Positions 29,310-39,714 of a DNA stretch of 64,000 bases are shown here, one piece after another. The first letter of the stretch is position 1. Each line of letters starts with the position of its first letter. The translations under genes and the position numbers were made by a program. A model generated the notes under the pieces. The model did no database searches. It was not told the DNA's origin and worked only from the letters and a program-made list of their open reading frames with translations. The DNA comes from Myxococcales bacterium (lineage in GTDB: Bacteria > Myxococcota_A > Polyangia > Polyangiales > DASUME01), in assembly GCA_047601445.1 (NCBI GenBank), contig JASGJH010000001.1:9376001-9440000 (forward strand), given 5' to 3'.

Positions 29310-29456
29310 GGTTTTACTCCCGGATGCACCATGAAGACCCGCTGGCCCGGGGCCATGTGACAGCTCGTTCGAAAAAATCACGCGAGGATCCGTCCGCGTG
29401 TCGTCCACGCACCAAGAGGTTCCGGATCGAAAATGCGAAGTCGGCTGGATGTCCGG

Positions 29457-30482
29457 TCAGGTCTGCTTGAGCGTCGGCGCGCCGCCGCTGAGCAGGTTGC
29501 GCATCATTTCGCTTCGCAAGAAGTCGTGCGGGAACCCCAGCTCGACGCGGCTCGCCGTATCGAGGCGCTCGACCTGGGCGGGCGCGAGGGAGAGCTCGAG
29601 CGCGCCGAGGTTCTCTACGAGCTGGGCAGGTGTACGTGCGCCGAGGATGGGCACGATGCCATGGTCGCCGCAGGTGCGCGTGCGTAGCCACGCCAGCGCG
29701 ACCTGCGCTGGCCGCGCCCCGAGCTCGGATGCGATCGTGGCCACCAGCTTCGCGAGCTCGAGCGAGCGGGCCGGAAGCCGTGCGGTGGAAAGGCGTGTCG
29801 GCTCGTCGCTGGGCTGTCCGGCCACGTACTTGCCGCTGAGTGCGCCGCCAGCCAGCGGCGCCCAGGCCAACACGCCAAGCCCGAGGGCTTCGGCCATGGG
29901 CAAAAGGTCGCGCTCCGGCGTGCGCTCGACCAGGCTGTACTCAATCTGAAGCCCGATGAACGATGACCAGCCTCGCAGTTCGGCGAGCATGTTCGCGCGC
30001 GATATTTCCCAGGCTGTAGTGTCGGAGACGGCGACGTAGAGTGCCTTGCCGCTCCGCACCAGGTCGTCGAGTCCGCGCAGGATCTCGTCCCAAGGCGTGA
30101 CCCCGTCGCGCGCATGGAGCCAGAAAATGTCGATGTGTTCGCTGCCGAGCCGACGCAGGCTCTCGTCGATCGAGCGCATCATGTTCTTCCGGCCGTTGCC
30201 CGCGCGCTGCGGGCCGCCGGTGCGGGCCGGTGTATATTTGGTGGAGATCACGAAGTCGTCCCGATTCGCCTTCACGAACGCGCCGACGATACGCTCGCTC
30301 TCGCCCTGCGCGTAGAGGTGGGCGGTGTCGATGAAGGTGCCCCCCGCGTCAGCGAAGTCCTTCAGGATCGCGTTGCTGTCGTCGATGCTCGAGCCGAAGC
30401 TGCGCGGGTCGCCGAACGTGATTGCGCCGAGACAGAGCTCGGACACGTACAGGCCGCTCTTGCCGAATTGATGTTGTTTCAT
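29457..30482 (-). CDS. Aldo/keto reductase
   Basis: GKSGLYVSELCLG, FIDTAHLY, ISTKY, SLRRLGSEHIDIFWLH, WAPLAGGALSGKY, PILGART. Confidence 0.95.
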   Translation of the reverse strand: MKQHQFGKSGLYVSELCLGAITFGDPRSFGSSIDDSNAILKDFADAGGTFIDTAHLYAQGESERIVGAFVKANRDDFVISTKYTPARTGGPQRAGNGRKNMMRSIDESLRRLGSEHIDIFWLHARDGVTPWDEILRGLDDLVRSGKALYVAVSDTTAWEISRANMLAELRGWSSFIGLQIEYSLVERTPERDLLPMAEALGLGVLAWAPLAGGALSGKYVAGQPSDEPTRLSTARLPARSLELAKLVATIASELGARPAQVALAWLRTRTCGDHGIVPILGARTPAQLVENLGALELSLAPAQVERLDTASRVELGFPHDFLRSEMMRNLLSGGAPTLKQT

Positions 30483-30557
30483 CGGGGCAGATTGGCGCGC
30501 TAAGATTATTTGGTGAACACCCAAGGTAAACACACTGCTTTGAAGCATGGATTAACA

Positions 30558-31499
30558 ATGGACGGCGCGACCCTGGGTCGCCTGCGTATGTTCGTCGCCG
30601 TCGCTGAGCGCCGCAGCTTTAGCGCTGCAGCGCGCGCAATGGGAATATCTCCCTCGGCTGCGAGCCAAGCGGTCACGCGACTCGAAAGCGAGCTCGGCTG
30701 TGCGTTGCTCGTTCGGACCACGCGCAGCGTCGCGCTCACGGATGCGGGAACGCGGCTACTCGGTGAAGCAGCCCCTGCGCTGGCCAGCGCCGAACAGGCC
30801 CTGCTCGGCATGAAGACGCGCCGCAGCGAGCCGGCGGGTCTGCTTCGCCTCAACGTCCCGCGCATTGCCTGCCAGCTCGGACTTCCGCGGCTGCTCGCCG
30901 AGTATACGCGCCGTCATCCGGAGATGCGCGTCGAGGTCGTGGTCGACGACCGACGTGTAGATGTCGTGCGCGACGGCTTCGACGCGGGTGTGCGCTCGCG
31001 CACGTCGGTGCAGAAAGACATGGTGAGAGTGCCCATGACGGGTCCGGCGCGGCTCGTCGTGGTGGGCGCCAAGCGCTACTTCAGCAACAGAAAACGGCCC
31101 AAGCACCCGCGTGACCTGATCGACCACGTCTGTCTTGGGTGGCGCTCGCTCCAGGGCGGTGCCGAGTATCAGTGGGAGTTCTCCGAGCAGGGGCGCGCGC
31201 TCTCGGTGGCCGTGGATGGCCCCGTCGTCTCGAACGACACCGCGCTGCTGATCGCTTGTGCCACGGCTGGCCTCGGTCTCGCCTTCGTGGTCGAGGCCGA
31301 GGTGCGGCGCGAGTTGGCCTCAAAGCAGCTCGAGATCGTGCTGGGCGAGTTCGCCATCGAGGTTCCGGGGCTGTTCGTCTACTTTCCCAGGGCGGCGCGC
31401 CAAGTCCCCAAGCTGCGCGCGTGGCTGGACTGCGTACGCACGCTGTACACGGAGTGCAATGCTCGCCCAGCCGTACGAGGCGCGGCGGCGACACGCTGA
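30558..31499 (+). CDS. LysR family transcriptional regulator
   Basis: FVAVAERRSFSAAARAMGISPSAASQAVTRLE...RTTRSVALTDAG; divergent from the reductase gene. Confidence 0.95.
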   Translation: MDGATLGRLRMFVAVAERRSFSAAARAMGISPSAASQAVTRLESELGCALLVRTTRSVALTDAGTRLLGEAAPALASAEQALLGMKTRRSEPAGLLRLNVPRIACQLGLPRLLAEYTRRHPEMRVEVVVDDRRVDVVRDGFDAGVRSRTSVQKDMVRVPMTGPARLVVVGAKRYFSNRKRPKHPRDLIDHVCLGWRSLQGGAEYQWEFSEQGRALSVAVDGPVVSNDTALLIACATAGLGLAFVVEAEVRRELASKQLEIVLGEFAIEVPGLFVYFPRAARQVPKLRAWLDCVRTLYTECNARPAVRGAAATR

Positions 31500-31541
31500 C
31501 CGCACGAGCGAGGTGCCCCCGAGCGCACTCGCTATTCGCGA

Positions 31542-32417
31542 CTACTCGCTGTGTCCGAGCGGAGCCAACTCGAGTTCGCCGAGCAGTGAGGGGTCGCGGA
31601 AGATGTCGATCTCGGTGATCTTCCTGGCCTCGATCGTGAAGGCCATGACCGAGAACAACCTTCCTTCGAGCGTACAGATCAGACCCGGTGCACCATTGAC
31701 GAGCGCCGGCTGCCTGTGTAGCCCGATGCGCGAGAAGGCCTGCGCCCGACGCGCGACCTCCTCTGCACCGCGACACTCGACACCCGAGCCAGCCGTCCCA
31801 CTGCCGTCCGTTCGGAGGGTAACCTCCGGGTCGAGGACCGCAACGAGTCCGTGGAGGTCGCGATGCTGTGCAGCCGAGACAAAGGCATCGACGATGCTTC
31901 GTTGAATCTGGGGGTCGGCATCGCGCGTGTCGCTCCGCGTCTGAAGTCGACGGCGCGCGCGGCTGGCAAGCTGGCGAGCCGCATCAGGGGTACGCTCGAC
32001 GAGGCGGGCGATTTCTTCGAAGGGGGTGTCGAAGATATCGTGCAGCACGAACGCGACGCGTTCGGCCGGGGCCAGGGTCTCGAGGACGACGAGGAGTGCG
32101 AGGCCGACACTGTCAGCGATGAGCGTGCCATGTTCGGGGTTTGCGCCATCGTCCCGGTCAACGATAGGGACAGGGACGTGAGCCTCGCGGCGCGTCTTGC
32201 GCGCGCGGAGCGTATTGAGGGAGATGCGGGCGACCACGGTCATCAACCATGCGCTCAGATCGTCGACCTCTCCGTGGGCAGTGCCGCTTAGCCGGAGCCA
32301 CGCTTCCTGGACAGCGTCATCGGCATCGCTCCGTGACCCCAGCATTCGATATGCGAGGGCCCTTAGACGGGGCCGCCGCTCCTCGAACCTTTCCGCCAGC
32401 CAGTCGCGCTCATCCAT
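31542..32417 (-). CDS. ECF sigma factor, SigJ/ECF41-like, with C-terminal SnoaL-like extension
   Basis: LAYRMLGSRSDADDAVQEAWLRL, ERVAFVLHDIF, ARQLASRARR, LRTDG extension. Confidence 0.92.
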   Translation of the reverse strand: MDERDWLAERFEERRPRLRALAYRMLGSRSDADDAVQEAWLRLSGTAHGEVDDLSAWLMTVVARISLNTLRARKTRREAHVPVPIVDRDDGANPEHGTLIADSVGLALLVVLETLAPAERVAFVLHDIFDTPFEEIARLVERTPDAARQLASRARRRLQTRSDTRDADPQIQRSIVDAFVSAAQHRDLHGLVAVLDPEVTLRTDGSGTAGSGVECRGAEEVARRAQAFSRIGLHRQPALVNGAPGLICTLEGRLFSVMAFTIEARKITEIDIFRDPSLLGELELAPLGHSE

Positions 32418-32456
32418 GGTTCACATTCTCCTACCCGCACGGGGCCGTGCACGTGA

Positions 32457-32533
32457 GACCCGCGAGCAGCCGCTGTCGTGACCGAAGCTCGAAAAAAAAA
32501 TCAGCCTGTCACGTTCCCACGCTCCCCTGGGTC
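32457..32533. promoter_or_regulatory. Divergent pair of ECF41-type promoters
   Basis: Plus strand TGTCACG-N16-GGTC (32507-32533) before the CMD gene; minus strand GGTCACG-N16-GGTC (32483-32457) before the sigma gene; A9 tract between them. Confidence 0.7.
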
Positions 32534-32588
32534 TTGTGAGAGCTGGTCGCTGGCGACGCGGCGTACCCCTCCCTGGAGATGAAAAGCC

Positions 32589-33056
32589 ATGCGAGCTCGA
32601 ATCAAGAATCCGGTGTTTACCCTGCCAGGTACCCGGGAAGCTCTGCTATCGATTCACAAGGCCACAGCCAACTGTGGCGTACCTCGCTCGACCTTCGAGC
32701 TCATGAACCTGCGGGCGAGTCAGGTCAACGGCTGCAGCGTGTGTGTCGACATGCACTCGCGCATCCTGAAGAAGCTCGGCGAGAAGGACGTGCGGATCTT
32801 CACCGTGTCTGCGTGGCGAGAGGCACCGTACTTCTCCGACGCTGAGCGCGCCGCGCTCGGGCTCACGGAGGCGGTGTCACGCGTCAGCGATTCGGCCGAC
32901 CCCGTGCCTGACGAGGTGTGGGAGGAGGCCGCCCGACATTACGACGAAACCCAGCTCGGCGCGCTCGTGATGACCATCGGAGTGATCAACCTATGGAATC
33001 GCCTCAATACTGCAACGCGCCAGGTTGGGGGCGATTTCATCGAGCAGTACATCTAA
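32589..33056 (+). CDS. Carboxymuconolactone decarboxylase / AhpD-like protein
   Basis: ELMNLRASQVNGCSVCVDMH, AWREAPYFSDAERAAL, INLWNRLN. Confidence 0.93.
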   Translation: MRARIKNPVFTLPGTREALLSIHKATANCGVPRSTFELMNLRASQVNGCSVCVDMHSRILKKLGEKDVRIFTVSAWREAPYFSDAERAALGLTEAVSRVSDSADPVPDEVWEEAARHYDETQLGALVMTIGVINLWNRLNTATRQVGGDFIEQYI

Positions 33057-33087
33057 ACCTGCGCTGCATTCTCCGACTGTCTGCGAC

Positions 33088-34161
33088 CTAGCCGCCGCTC
33101 GTCCCGGCTTTCGCGCCATCTCTGCTCGAGCGCCGATAAGACGCGGGGCTGCAGCCGACCCAGCGTCGGAAGGCGCGAGCGAAGGTCGACACGTCGGAGT
33201 AGCCAAGCTTCGAGGAGACGTCCTCCATCGACAGTAAGTCCGAGCGGAGCAAGACCAACGCACGGCTCTTGCGCTCGGAAGCGACGAGCTCGGCATAGGA
33301 CAAACCGTGTTCCGCGAGGCGTCGGCGCAGGGTGCGCGACGAGAGGGCGAGTTCGCTCGCCAGGTCGTCGAAGGAGCGGAAGCCTTCTCGTGCCGGGAGC
33401 GCTCGGCGGAGCCTGCTCTCGAAGCTGGAGTGCAGCCCGAGATCCCCACAGAGCCGCTCGCACTCGCCGCGCATCAGCTGAAAGGTCGCGGCATCGCTCA
33501 TGCTGACGGGAGATTGCAGCCCTGCGGCAGGGCCAACGAGCTGCAGCGTGGGACGCTCGAAGCGCATCGGAGGGAGTACGTGTTCGAAGCGCGCGATGTA
33601 GTCCGGTCGGGCGATGGGCAGGTCGAGGGTCAAGCGCATGGGACGCCCGAGCACGACGCTTCCGGCCTGCCAAAGACCCACCGCGACGGAGAGCAAGACC
33701 ATGTCGCGCACCGCGCCGAAGTCGGCCTTCTCCTCGAGGGTCATCACCGCGAGGTCCGCTTCGGTGTGACCATGAAAGCCGATGGCGGTGAAGCGGAGCC
33801 CCGCGTACTGGAGCATGAAGCGGATGGCCTCGCGGAGGTTTCCGGCACTCAACGCACCGAAGCCGACGAAGCTGTGCAGTGCTGCGGAGGAGCGCAGTCC
33901 TGCGTAGATGCCGAGGGCTGCCTCGCCGGTCAGCGCGCGCGCTCGTTCGAGCAAGGTGAGCCAAGTCGTCAGCGGAACGAACGCTCCTGGATCGGCAAAC
34001 ATCTCGGGGGCGACCGCGAGCCCGGCCAGCAGCTCGCTTTCCGGGACTTCCCACGGGGCCACCAACTTGCACAGGCCCGCCACGTACCCAGCCGCGACAC
34101 GGTGAGCCGGGGCAGACTCGGCCGGAGCGCGATGGCTCGTGATTTCGAGGGGCTGGGCCAT
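33088..34161 (-). CDS. AraC family transcriptional regulator
   Basis: LALSSRTLRRRLAEHG...LGYSDVSTFARAFRRWVGCSPASYR. Confidence 0.93.
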   Translation of the reverse strand: MAQPLEITSHRAPAESAPAHRVAAGYVAGLCKLVAPWEVPESELLAGLAVAPEMFADPGAFVPLTTWLTLLERARALTGEAALGIYAGLRSSAALHSFVGFGALSAGNLREAIRFMLQYAGLRFTAIGFHGHTEADLAVMTLEEKADFGAVRDMVLLSVAVGLWQAGSVVLGRPMRLTLDLPIARPDYIARFEHVLPPMRFERPTLQLVGPAAGLQSPVSMSDAATFQLMRGECERLCGDLGLHSSFESRLRRALPAREGFRSFDDLASELALSSRTLRRRLAEHGLSYAELVASERKSRALVLLRSDLLSMEDVSSKLGYSDVSTFARAFRRWVGCSPASYRRSSRDGAKAGTSGG

Positions 34162-34315
34162 CGGTCGAAGCTACTGCCAGGCGCCGGGGGATGGAATGGC
34201 CGGACCTGCCCGATCATTGGCCTGGTTTTGCCCTACCACCGTTGTCACCCGAGTTCAGAGAGATCGCGCATCGGCAGCGGTGCCGCCGCGGACGTTGGTT
34301 GGCAGAGGAGAAATC

Positions 34316-35899
34316 ATGATCGGGCAAGGACATCGGATGCGCGCTGGGAGCTTGAACGCCAGCCCCTGGCTAGGTCTCGCGGCGCTCGGTTTCGTCGCCT
34401 GTGGCGCGGACGCGGGCTCTGCGGACCCGGAGGAGGGCTTCGTCGCCACCACCGACCCCTCCCTGTTCACCGCGGAACAAGGCTGTGATTCCAACCGGTT
34501 GGCGGTCGCCTACCGTGCCACCGCGGACGGCTCCAAAGCACTCGACAAGCTGCCCGCGGCGGCCCGAAACCCGGTGCCTTGCCTCTCACTCACGGGCGCT
34601 GGCGCGAACGAACCCGCCCTCGGCATCGCCCGCAACGGCACGGTCTACTTCTCTCCGGCGACCACCGCGGATGGCAACGGCTTGCTCAGTTCCTCGGATC
34701 TGGGCGTCACCTGGAAGTTGATCGTTCCGCCGATTCCCGGTCGTTCTGGGCACCCCCGACTGCAGCCCTTCTTTTACCTGGACCCGGCCACCGATCGTCT
34801 CTTCTACGCCTCGAGCAAGCTCGTGCTCAACGGACTCGGCACGTTCAAGGACGAACCCGGCATCCACCTGAACATGAGCAGCGACGGCGGCGCGACATGG
34901 AAGTATCAAAGCATCGCGGAGACCTGTCGTGACTGGGAGAAGATCTTCGCAGGGCCGCCCGTGACCAGCGACACCGGCGCCTATCCTCACGTGACCTACG
35001 TGTCCGTGCCGTCGCCCATCGCGGGCAACTGGGCCGGCATCTATCCCGCGCCCGACTATCAACACATCTTCAAGTCACTCGACGGTGGCGAGACGTACAC
35101 CGAGGTTTCTCGGATCGTGATCGACCCGCTCAAGGTCGCCGGTTGCATCGCGGGCGACTTCATCATGATGGGCCAGGGGTCGGTCGGACCCGACGGCACC
35201 GTGTACCTCGCCTATCGCATGTGTCAGCAGCTCGCGGTCAACGTGAGCCACGATGAGGGCGCCACCTGGGAGACGCGGATCGTGCCCGACGCCAAGCTGC
35301 ATCCGTATCCCACGGGCAGCCTTGACGGCATCCTCTCCATCATCGGGGGCGAGAATGCGATCAACGGCGAGCCCATCACTGCGGACAAGGAGGGCAACCT
35401 CTACGCCGTCTGGGCCGACGCCAAGAACGAGCTCTACTACGCCAGCTCGAAGAATCAGGGCCTCACTTGGACCAAGCCCGTGTGGGCCATGGCACCCGGC
35501 GTGCAAAACGTTCGCATGGCCGCCATTACGGCACGTGAACCCGGCGAGGTCGCGATCTCCTACTTCGGCACCACGGATGGCACGAAGTACGACGGCTACA
35601 TCGCGGAGTCCAAGACCGGTCTCGATGACGAGCCCACGTTCTGGACCGTCACGGTGAACGACCCGGCCGACCCACTGTATCCCGATACCTGGCAATCCGG
35701 TTACGAGGCCATCTACTTCAACAATGGCGGCGACGAGGTGACGCTGATTCAGATCAAGTACGCACCGAGCGGCGACCTATGGGCTTCCTTCGTGAAGGAC
35801 ATGTGCCCCAAGGGCGACCTCAACAAGTGCACCTGGGACTACGAAGCGGAAGATAACTCGCGGTTCCAGGGGGCAGTCGGACGCTTGGTGCACCGCTAG
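34316..35899 (+). CDS. BNR/Asp-box (sialidase-fold) lipoprotein
   Basis: AGGAG RBS, FVAC lipobox, Asp-boxes SSDLGVTW, SSDGGATW, SLDGGETY, SHDEGATW, SKNQGLTW. Confidence 0.85.
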   Translation: MIGQGHRMRAGSLNASPWLGLAALGFVACGADAGSADPEEGFVATTDPSLFTAEQGCDSNRLAVAYRATADGSKALDKLPAAARNPVPCLSLTGAGANEPALGIARNGTVYFSPATTADGNGLLSSSDLGVTWKLIVPPIPGRSGHPRLQPFFYLDPATDRLFYASSKLVLNGLGTFKDEPGIHLNMSSDGGATWKYQSIAETCRDWEKIFAGPPVTSDTGAYPHVTYVSVPSPIAGNWAGIYPAPDYQHIFKSLDGGETYTEVSRIVIDPLKVAGCIAGDFIMMGQGSVGPDGTVYLAYRMCQQLAVNVSHDEGATWETRIVPDAKLHPYPTGSLDGILSIIGGENAINGEPITADKEGNLYAVWADAKNELYYASSKNQGLTWTKPVWAMAPGVQNVRMAAITAREPGEVAISYFGTTDGTKYDGYIAESKTGLDDEPTFWTVTVNDPADPLYPDTWQSGYEAIYFNNGGDEVTLIQIKYAPSGDLWASFVKDMCPKGDLNKCTWDYEAEDNSRFQGAVGRLVHR

Positions 35900-35924
35900 G
35901 CGAACGGCACGTCGCGGTCGCGCT

Positions 35925-38078
35925 TCATGGCTTCGCCCGCCAGACCACGACCGACGGCGTCTTGAGGCCCGAGCCCGCGACGCTGTCGAGCGCGCTCTGG
36001 GACAGGTTGAAGCCCCAGCGCGTGAAGTGGTCCCGCAGGTCGGCGTTGGCCGCCTTCGACAGGATCTTGTAGAAAGTGTCGACCTGCAGGGCGGCGCTCC
36101 CGCATACGCTCGAGCGCTCGGCGCTCGACAGCTCGCGGTAGGCGCGGTTGACGCGACGATAGAGGTCCCAGCCGATCGACGGGAACGCATGCACCGGCTG
36201 CATCAGGAACACCAGCTCGTTCCACGGGTCGTCGACGTCGTCCCACTTGACCACGCCGGCCTCCAGCTTGGTGATCATGGGCGCATGGTTGTCCGCGATG
36301 CGCGACGTATGGCCGAAATTCTCTTGCACGTAGAGGGAGTACAGGTTGTTGGTGTCCTCCGTACCGAAGCGCGAGGACCACAGACAGAACTGCTGATGAT
36401 TATGTCCGAGTTCGTGCCACACACCCCACTGGTCGGCGCCGCCCTGGGGGTCAGCCAGCTTCCAGCCATTGGTGGTCATGATCGGGTACCCCGAGTGGCC
36501 GTAGCCCGCGGTGATCTGCACGTCGGACATCCAGCGTGCCTTGCCGTCGTAGGGCCGGTGCACACCGCTCTTCGCGCTGGGATCGAGGCCGAACAGGTCC
36601 ATCTCGAGCTCCACCACGCGGTCGTACTTCTCCATCACGTCGCCGGGCTTGGCGAGGGAGGCGATCTGCGAGCTGGGCACCGTGATCACCCCGCGGTCGC
36701 CTTCGAGCTCCGCCCACGGCACGTCGAGGGCACGGCGGCGCGCCCACTCGTCGTCGCTGGTGACGCCGAGCACGAAGCGCGGCATCTCCACGCCACCGTG
36801 AATGTCGACCGGGACGACGCGACCTGTATCGACGTCTGACTCGAGGATGACCTCCCCGCCATACGGGCTGCGGACGGCGATCTTTCCGGGCGTGAGCTCG
36901 AGACGCATACTCACGCGCGGCATGCGCTGGAAGCTGCCGTTCTTCACGTTGCCGCTGTCAGGTTTGAGCTCGTCGGTGTGCCCGTTGATGCGCACGAACA
37001 GCCCGACGCCGGCGTCACTCGGCACGTCGAACACCAGCACCTTGCCTGCGGGCGCGTACACGCCGGTGCTCTGCCAGTGCTTGGGCGGCCAGCTCACGCG
37101 CAGGTAGTCCGTATCGTGATCGAAGCGCGTGTCCAGGTACACCCGGCGCGAGATCATCGGTGCATCCGCCGCCACGCTGCCCGGGAACTTGCTCACGTCG
37201 CGCGCGGCCTTGAGCGGGTAGGGGGGCTGCACCATGCCCACGCGGTGGCGCGCTTCCTCGATGTCGTAGCCGAGCGTGTCGCCGGCCGGCAAAGGATAGC
37301 TGACAGTGTGGCTCTTGTTCTGCTCGAGGAAGGCGAGGTCCTCGCTCAGCAGCGTCCATTGCTGGTTGTTCTGCCGGTGCGTGCCGTAGCTGATGAGCTC
37401 GCCGTCGCCGGTGACGTCGGCCGCCGTGCTGCCGCGCTCGATCACTCCGTCGGCGGACGCCATCTTGAACGGAGTGATGTCGGCGCAGCGCGAGAGCTTG
37501 AACTTGCCATTGGCCGCATCCAGGCAGAGCGTGGAGGCGTCAGCCAGGCTGACCCCTGAGTTTGCCACTGTCCAGCGTTGACCGGGCAGGCCGCGGCAGG
37601 TGCCAATCGTGACCTCGCTGCCGGCCTGCAATTGGGCGGCTGGATCGACGCTCAAGCAGCCGCGACCCGTGCGCGAGATCACGAGGTCGCCGGGGGCGTT
37701 GGCGGGGAACGTGGGGAGGCCCAGGTCGTTAGGGTCTTTAACCGCGAGGTCTTCGACCGGATCGCGTGGGTCGTAGTCGATGGGCAGCGTGCTTCCGCCG
37801 TCGCCGTCGCCCGAGTCGCCGCCACCTGCATCGCCATCGCCTGCACCGGTGCTTCCGTCCGCGCCGTCGTCGTCCCCGTCGCCACCCTCGGCGCCGTCGG
37901 AGTGGCCGTTGTCGTCACCGCTGTCCTGGTCGTCGTCCCCTGCGTCGTGGCAATTCGGGAGACAGCTGACCTGGTTACCGTCGTCATTCCACGATGCGGT
38001 GCCGTCAGCACAGGCTGCGACGTTGCCCAGGGCGAGTGTGAGCAGTCCGCAGCCGAGCCAGGTCCGTGAAGAGTCCAT
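35925..38078 (-). CDS. M60-like (enhancin) metallopeptidase lipoprotein with ricin-B lectin domain
   Basis: VAAC lipobox, D/G linker, QxW repeats (GQRW, NQQW), WQSTGVYAPAG, PWAELE, GHSGYPI, WGVWHELGHNHQ...EDTNN. Confidence 0.9.
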   Translation of the reverse strand: MDSSRTWLGCGLLTLALGNVAACADGTASWNDDGNQVSCLPNCHDAGDDDQDSGDDNGHSDGAEGGDGDDDGADGSTGAGDGDAGGGDSGDGDGGSTLPIDYDPRDPVEDLAVKDPNDLGLPTFPANAPGDLVISRTGRGCLSVDPAAQLQAGSEVTIGTCRGLPGQRWTVANSGVSLADASTLCLDAANGKFKLSRCADITPFKMASADGVIERGSTAADVTGDGELISYGTHRQNNQQWTLLSEDLAFLEQNKSHTVSYPLPAGDTLGYDIEEARHRVGMVQPPYPLKAARDVSKFPGSVAADAPMISRRVYLDTRFDHDTDYLRVSWPPKHWQSTGVYAPAGKVLVFDVPSDAGVGLFVRINGHTDELKPDSGNVKNGSFQRMPRVSMRLELTPGKIAVRSPYGGEVILESDVDTGRVVPVDIHGGVEMPRFVLGVTSDDEWARRRALDVPWAELEGDRGVITVPSSQIASLAKPGDVMEKYDRVVELEMDLFGLDPSAKSGVHRPYDGKARWMSDVQITAGYGHSGYPIMTTNGWKLADPQGGADQWGVWHELGHNHQQFCLWSSRFGTEDTNNLYSLYVQENFGHTSRIADNHAPMITKLEAGVVKWDDVDDPWNELVFLMQPVHAFPSIGWDLYRRVNRAYRELSSAERSSVCGSAALQVDTFYKILSKAANADLRDHFTRWGFNLSQSALDSVAGSGLKTPSVVVWRAKP

Positions 38079-38142
38079 TCGCCACTTCCTTCGCTTGAGG
38101 TGAAGGCAGGCCCACGAATCAGGTGACCTGCTGTGTACCTGG

Positions 38143-38170
38143 GGTCGCGGGAGACCGAGCGCAGTGATCA
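38143..38170 (-). promoter_or_regulatory. Putative ECF promoter TGATCA-N17-CGACC
   Basis: Upstream of the M60 gene; matches the motifs at 41690-41717 and 42517-42544. Confidence 0.6.
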
Positions 38171-38195
38171 GCAAAATGCACGAACGACACGACCG

Positions 38196-39686
38196 CTATG
38201 GCCGGAGCGCGTCAACGGACTCCGCCGGAACCAGATCGACGTTGAACTGCGTCACACCACCAGGCCGGATCTCGAACGAGAGTGACTGCGGTGCGTGCCC
38301 CGGTGCAAGCACGCCCAGCGTGTACGTGCCTGGCGTGAGGTCGCCCTTCCAGCGGCCCTCGTAGGTCACCTCGATGGCGTGAGGCACCGCGCCTGCGCCG
38401 CGCCTGAGGTCCATGCGTCGCAGCGTCAGCTGGGCGGCGAGCGGCTCGCTGCTGCCCACGTCGCGCACCAGCACTTGCAAGAGGCCGTCGGTGGCCTGCG
38501 CCGCGAGCTGGATCCTCAGCTGCGCCGCCGTGGCAGCCTCCACGCGGACGGTGTCGGACCAGTCCGCGAAGCCCACCGCGCGCAGTGCCACGCGGTGTTC
38601 GCCTGGCTCCACCGCCTCGAACCGCGCGCCACCCCGGGCGTCGGTGTGCCGCTCGCGTGCGTCCAGCAGGACGATCACGTCCGGTAGGGGCCGCTGCGCC
38701 TCGTCCAGCGCCAGCACGGACACGGAGGCGGCCTGCGGCGGTGGCGCCACGGTCCCCTTCGTCGGCGTAGAGCGCGAACGCGCGAGCTGCACGCGGATCC
38801 CCACCATCCCCATCAAGCGCGGCTCGAAGGGCCGGTAGTCGCCGGGAATCGACGGTCGCGGCGTGCGCGAGAGTCGTACTCCGAGCGCCGCGAACAGCTC
38901 GCCGCGCCGTCCGAGCGCCGTGCTCGCCACCAAGGCGGCGCGCAGCGGCGTGGCGACCCAGGGCGGAGCCCCCTTACCGAGCAACGTATCGGCCGAAAAC
39001 TCGAGCCCCAGACGCTGCGCTGCGCGTGTGTACTCGAGCGCCAGGCGCGACAAGAGCGCGTGGTAGCTGCTGACGCCGAGCGCCAGCATGTCGGACTCGG
39101 AGTACTCGAAGCCGCGTGGGAACGAGACGCTGCGCGCGCTCCGATCGAGGCGCGGGCCGAGCGCCCACACCAACGAAAAGCCAAGCGGAAGGCTCAGGTC
39201 ACACACGGCGAGCAGATCGGCCGAAGTCGCGCGCCAGGCGAGGGACGGTGCGTCGGCCCCGGGCACCCACACAGCCAGCTCGGCCCCTGCTGAAAAGCGC
39301 GGCGTCAGCCCGCGACCGTAACGCACGTACAAGCGAGGCTCTCCGGTGAAGCTGTCGTCGCGCCGCGGCGCCCCGTGTCGATCCCAACGGCCGTCGACGC
39401 GCAGCTCGAGTCCGACGCCCGTGCGCGAGGTGAGCGCTGCCGCCAAGCCACCCACGCCGCGCTGGTACTCGCCCTCGCGCGCGGCAGCGAGGCTCATCCC
39501 ATATTCGCCGCTCGCAGCCAAACGCACTGAATCCACCGGCTCGCGCACCCGCGGAGTCAGCCACACCGCATCGAGCGCGCGCAGGGCGGATTGAGCCTGC
39601 ACCAAGCCCGCCGTTGCGAGCACCCCCATCGACACGCCGAGTGCGAGGCCGAGAGCGAGGTGCTGGAGTCTGCCCGGATGGTCCAT
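38196..39686 (-). CDS. Exported protein: putative beta-barrel plus carboxypeptidase-regulatory-like domains
   Basis: Signal peptide, amphipathic strands, C-terminal TD..G.A.F..V.PG.H and L.PG.Y.L.V.APG repeats; third gene of the sigma/FecR operon. Confidence 0.7.
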   Translation of the reverse strand: MDHPGRLQHLALGLALGVSMGVLATAGLVQAQSALRALDAVWLTPRVREPVDSVRLAASGEYGMSLAAAREGEYQRGVGGLAAALTSRTGVGLELRVDGRWDRHGAPRRDDSFTGEPRLYVRYGRGLTPRFSAGAELAVWVPGADAPSLAWRATSADLLAVCDLSLPLGFSLVWALGPRLDRSARSVSFPRGFEYSESDMLALGVSSYHALLSRLALEYTRAAQRLGLEFSADTLLGKGAPPWVATPLRAALVASTALGRRGELFAALGVRLSRTPRPSIPGDYRPFEPRLMGMVGIRVQLARSRSTPTKGTVAPPPQAASVSVLALDEAQRPLPDVIVLLDARERHTDARGGARFEAVEPGEHRVALRAVGFADWSDTVRVEAATAAQLRIQLAAQATDGLLQVLVRDVGSSEPLAAQLTLRRMDLRRGAGAVPHAIEVTYEGRWKGDLTPGTYTLGVLAPGHAPQSLSFEIRPGGVTQFNVDLVPAESVDALRP

Positions 39687-39714
39687 GACGGCGCCCAATG
39701 CGTCACGCCTCGCG

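Noticed and set aside
37790..37950. GTC/GCC-rich periodic sequence (also near 53460-53570)
   Set aside because: Explained by Asp/Gly-rich protein linkers; codon periodicity, with no inverted partner seen.
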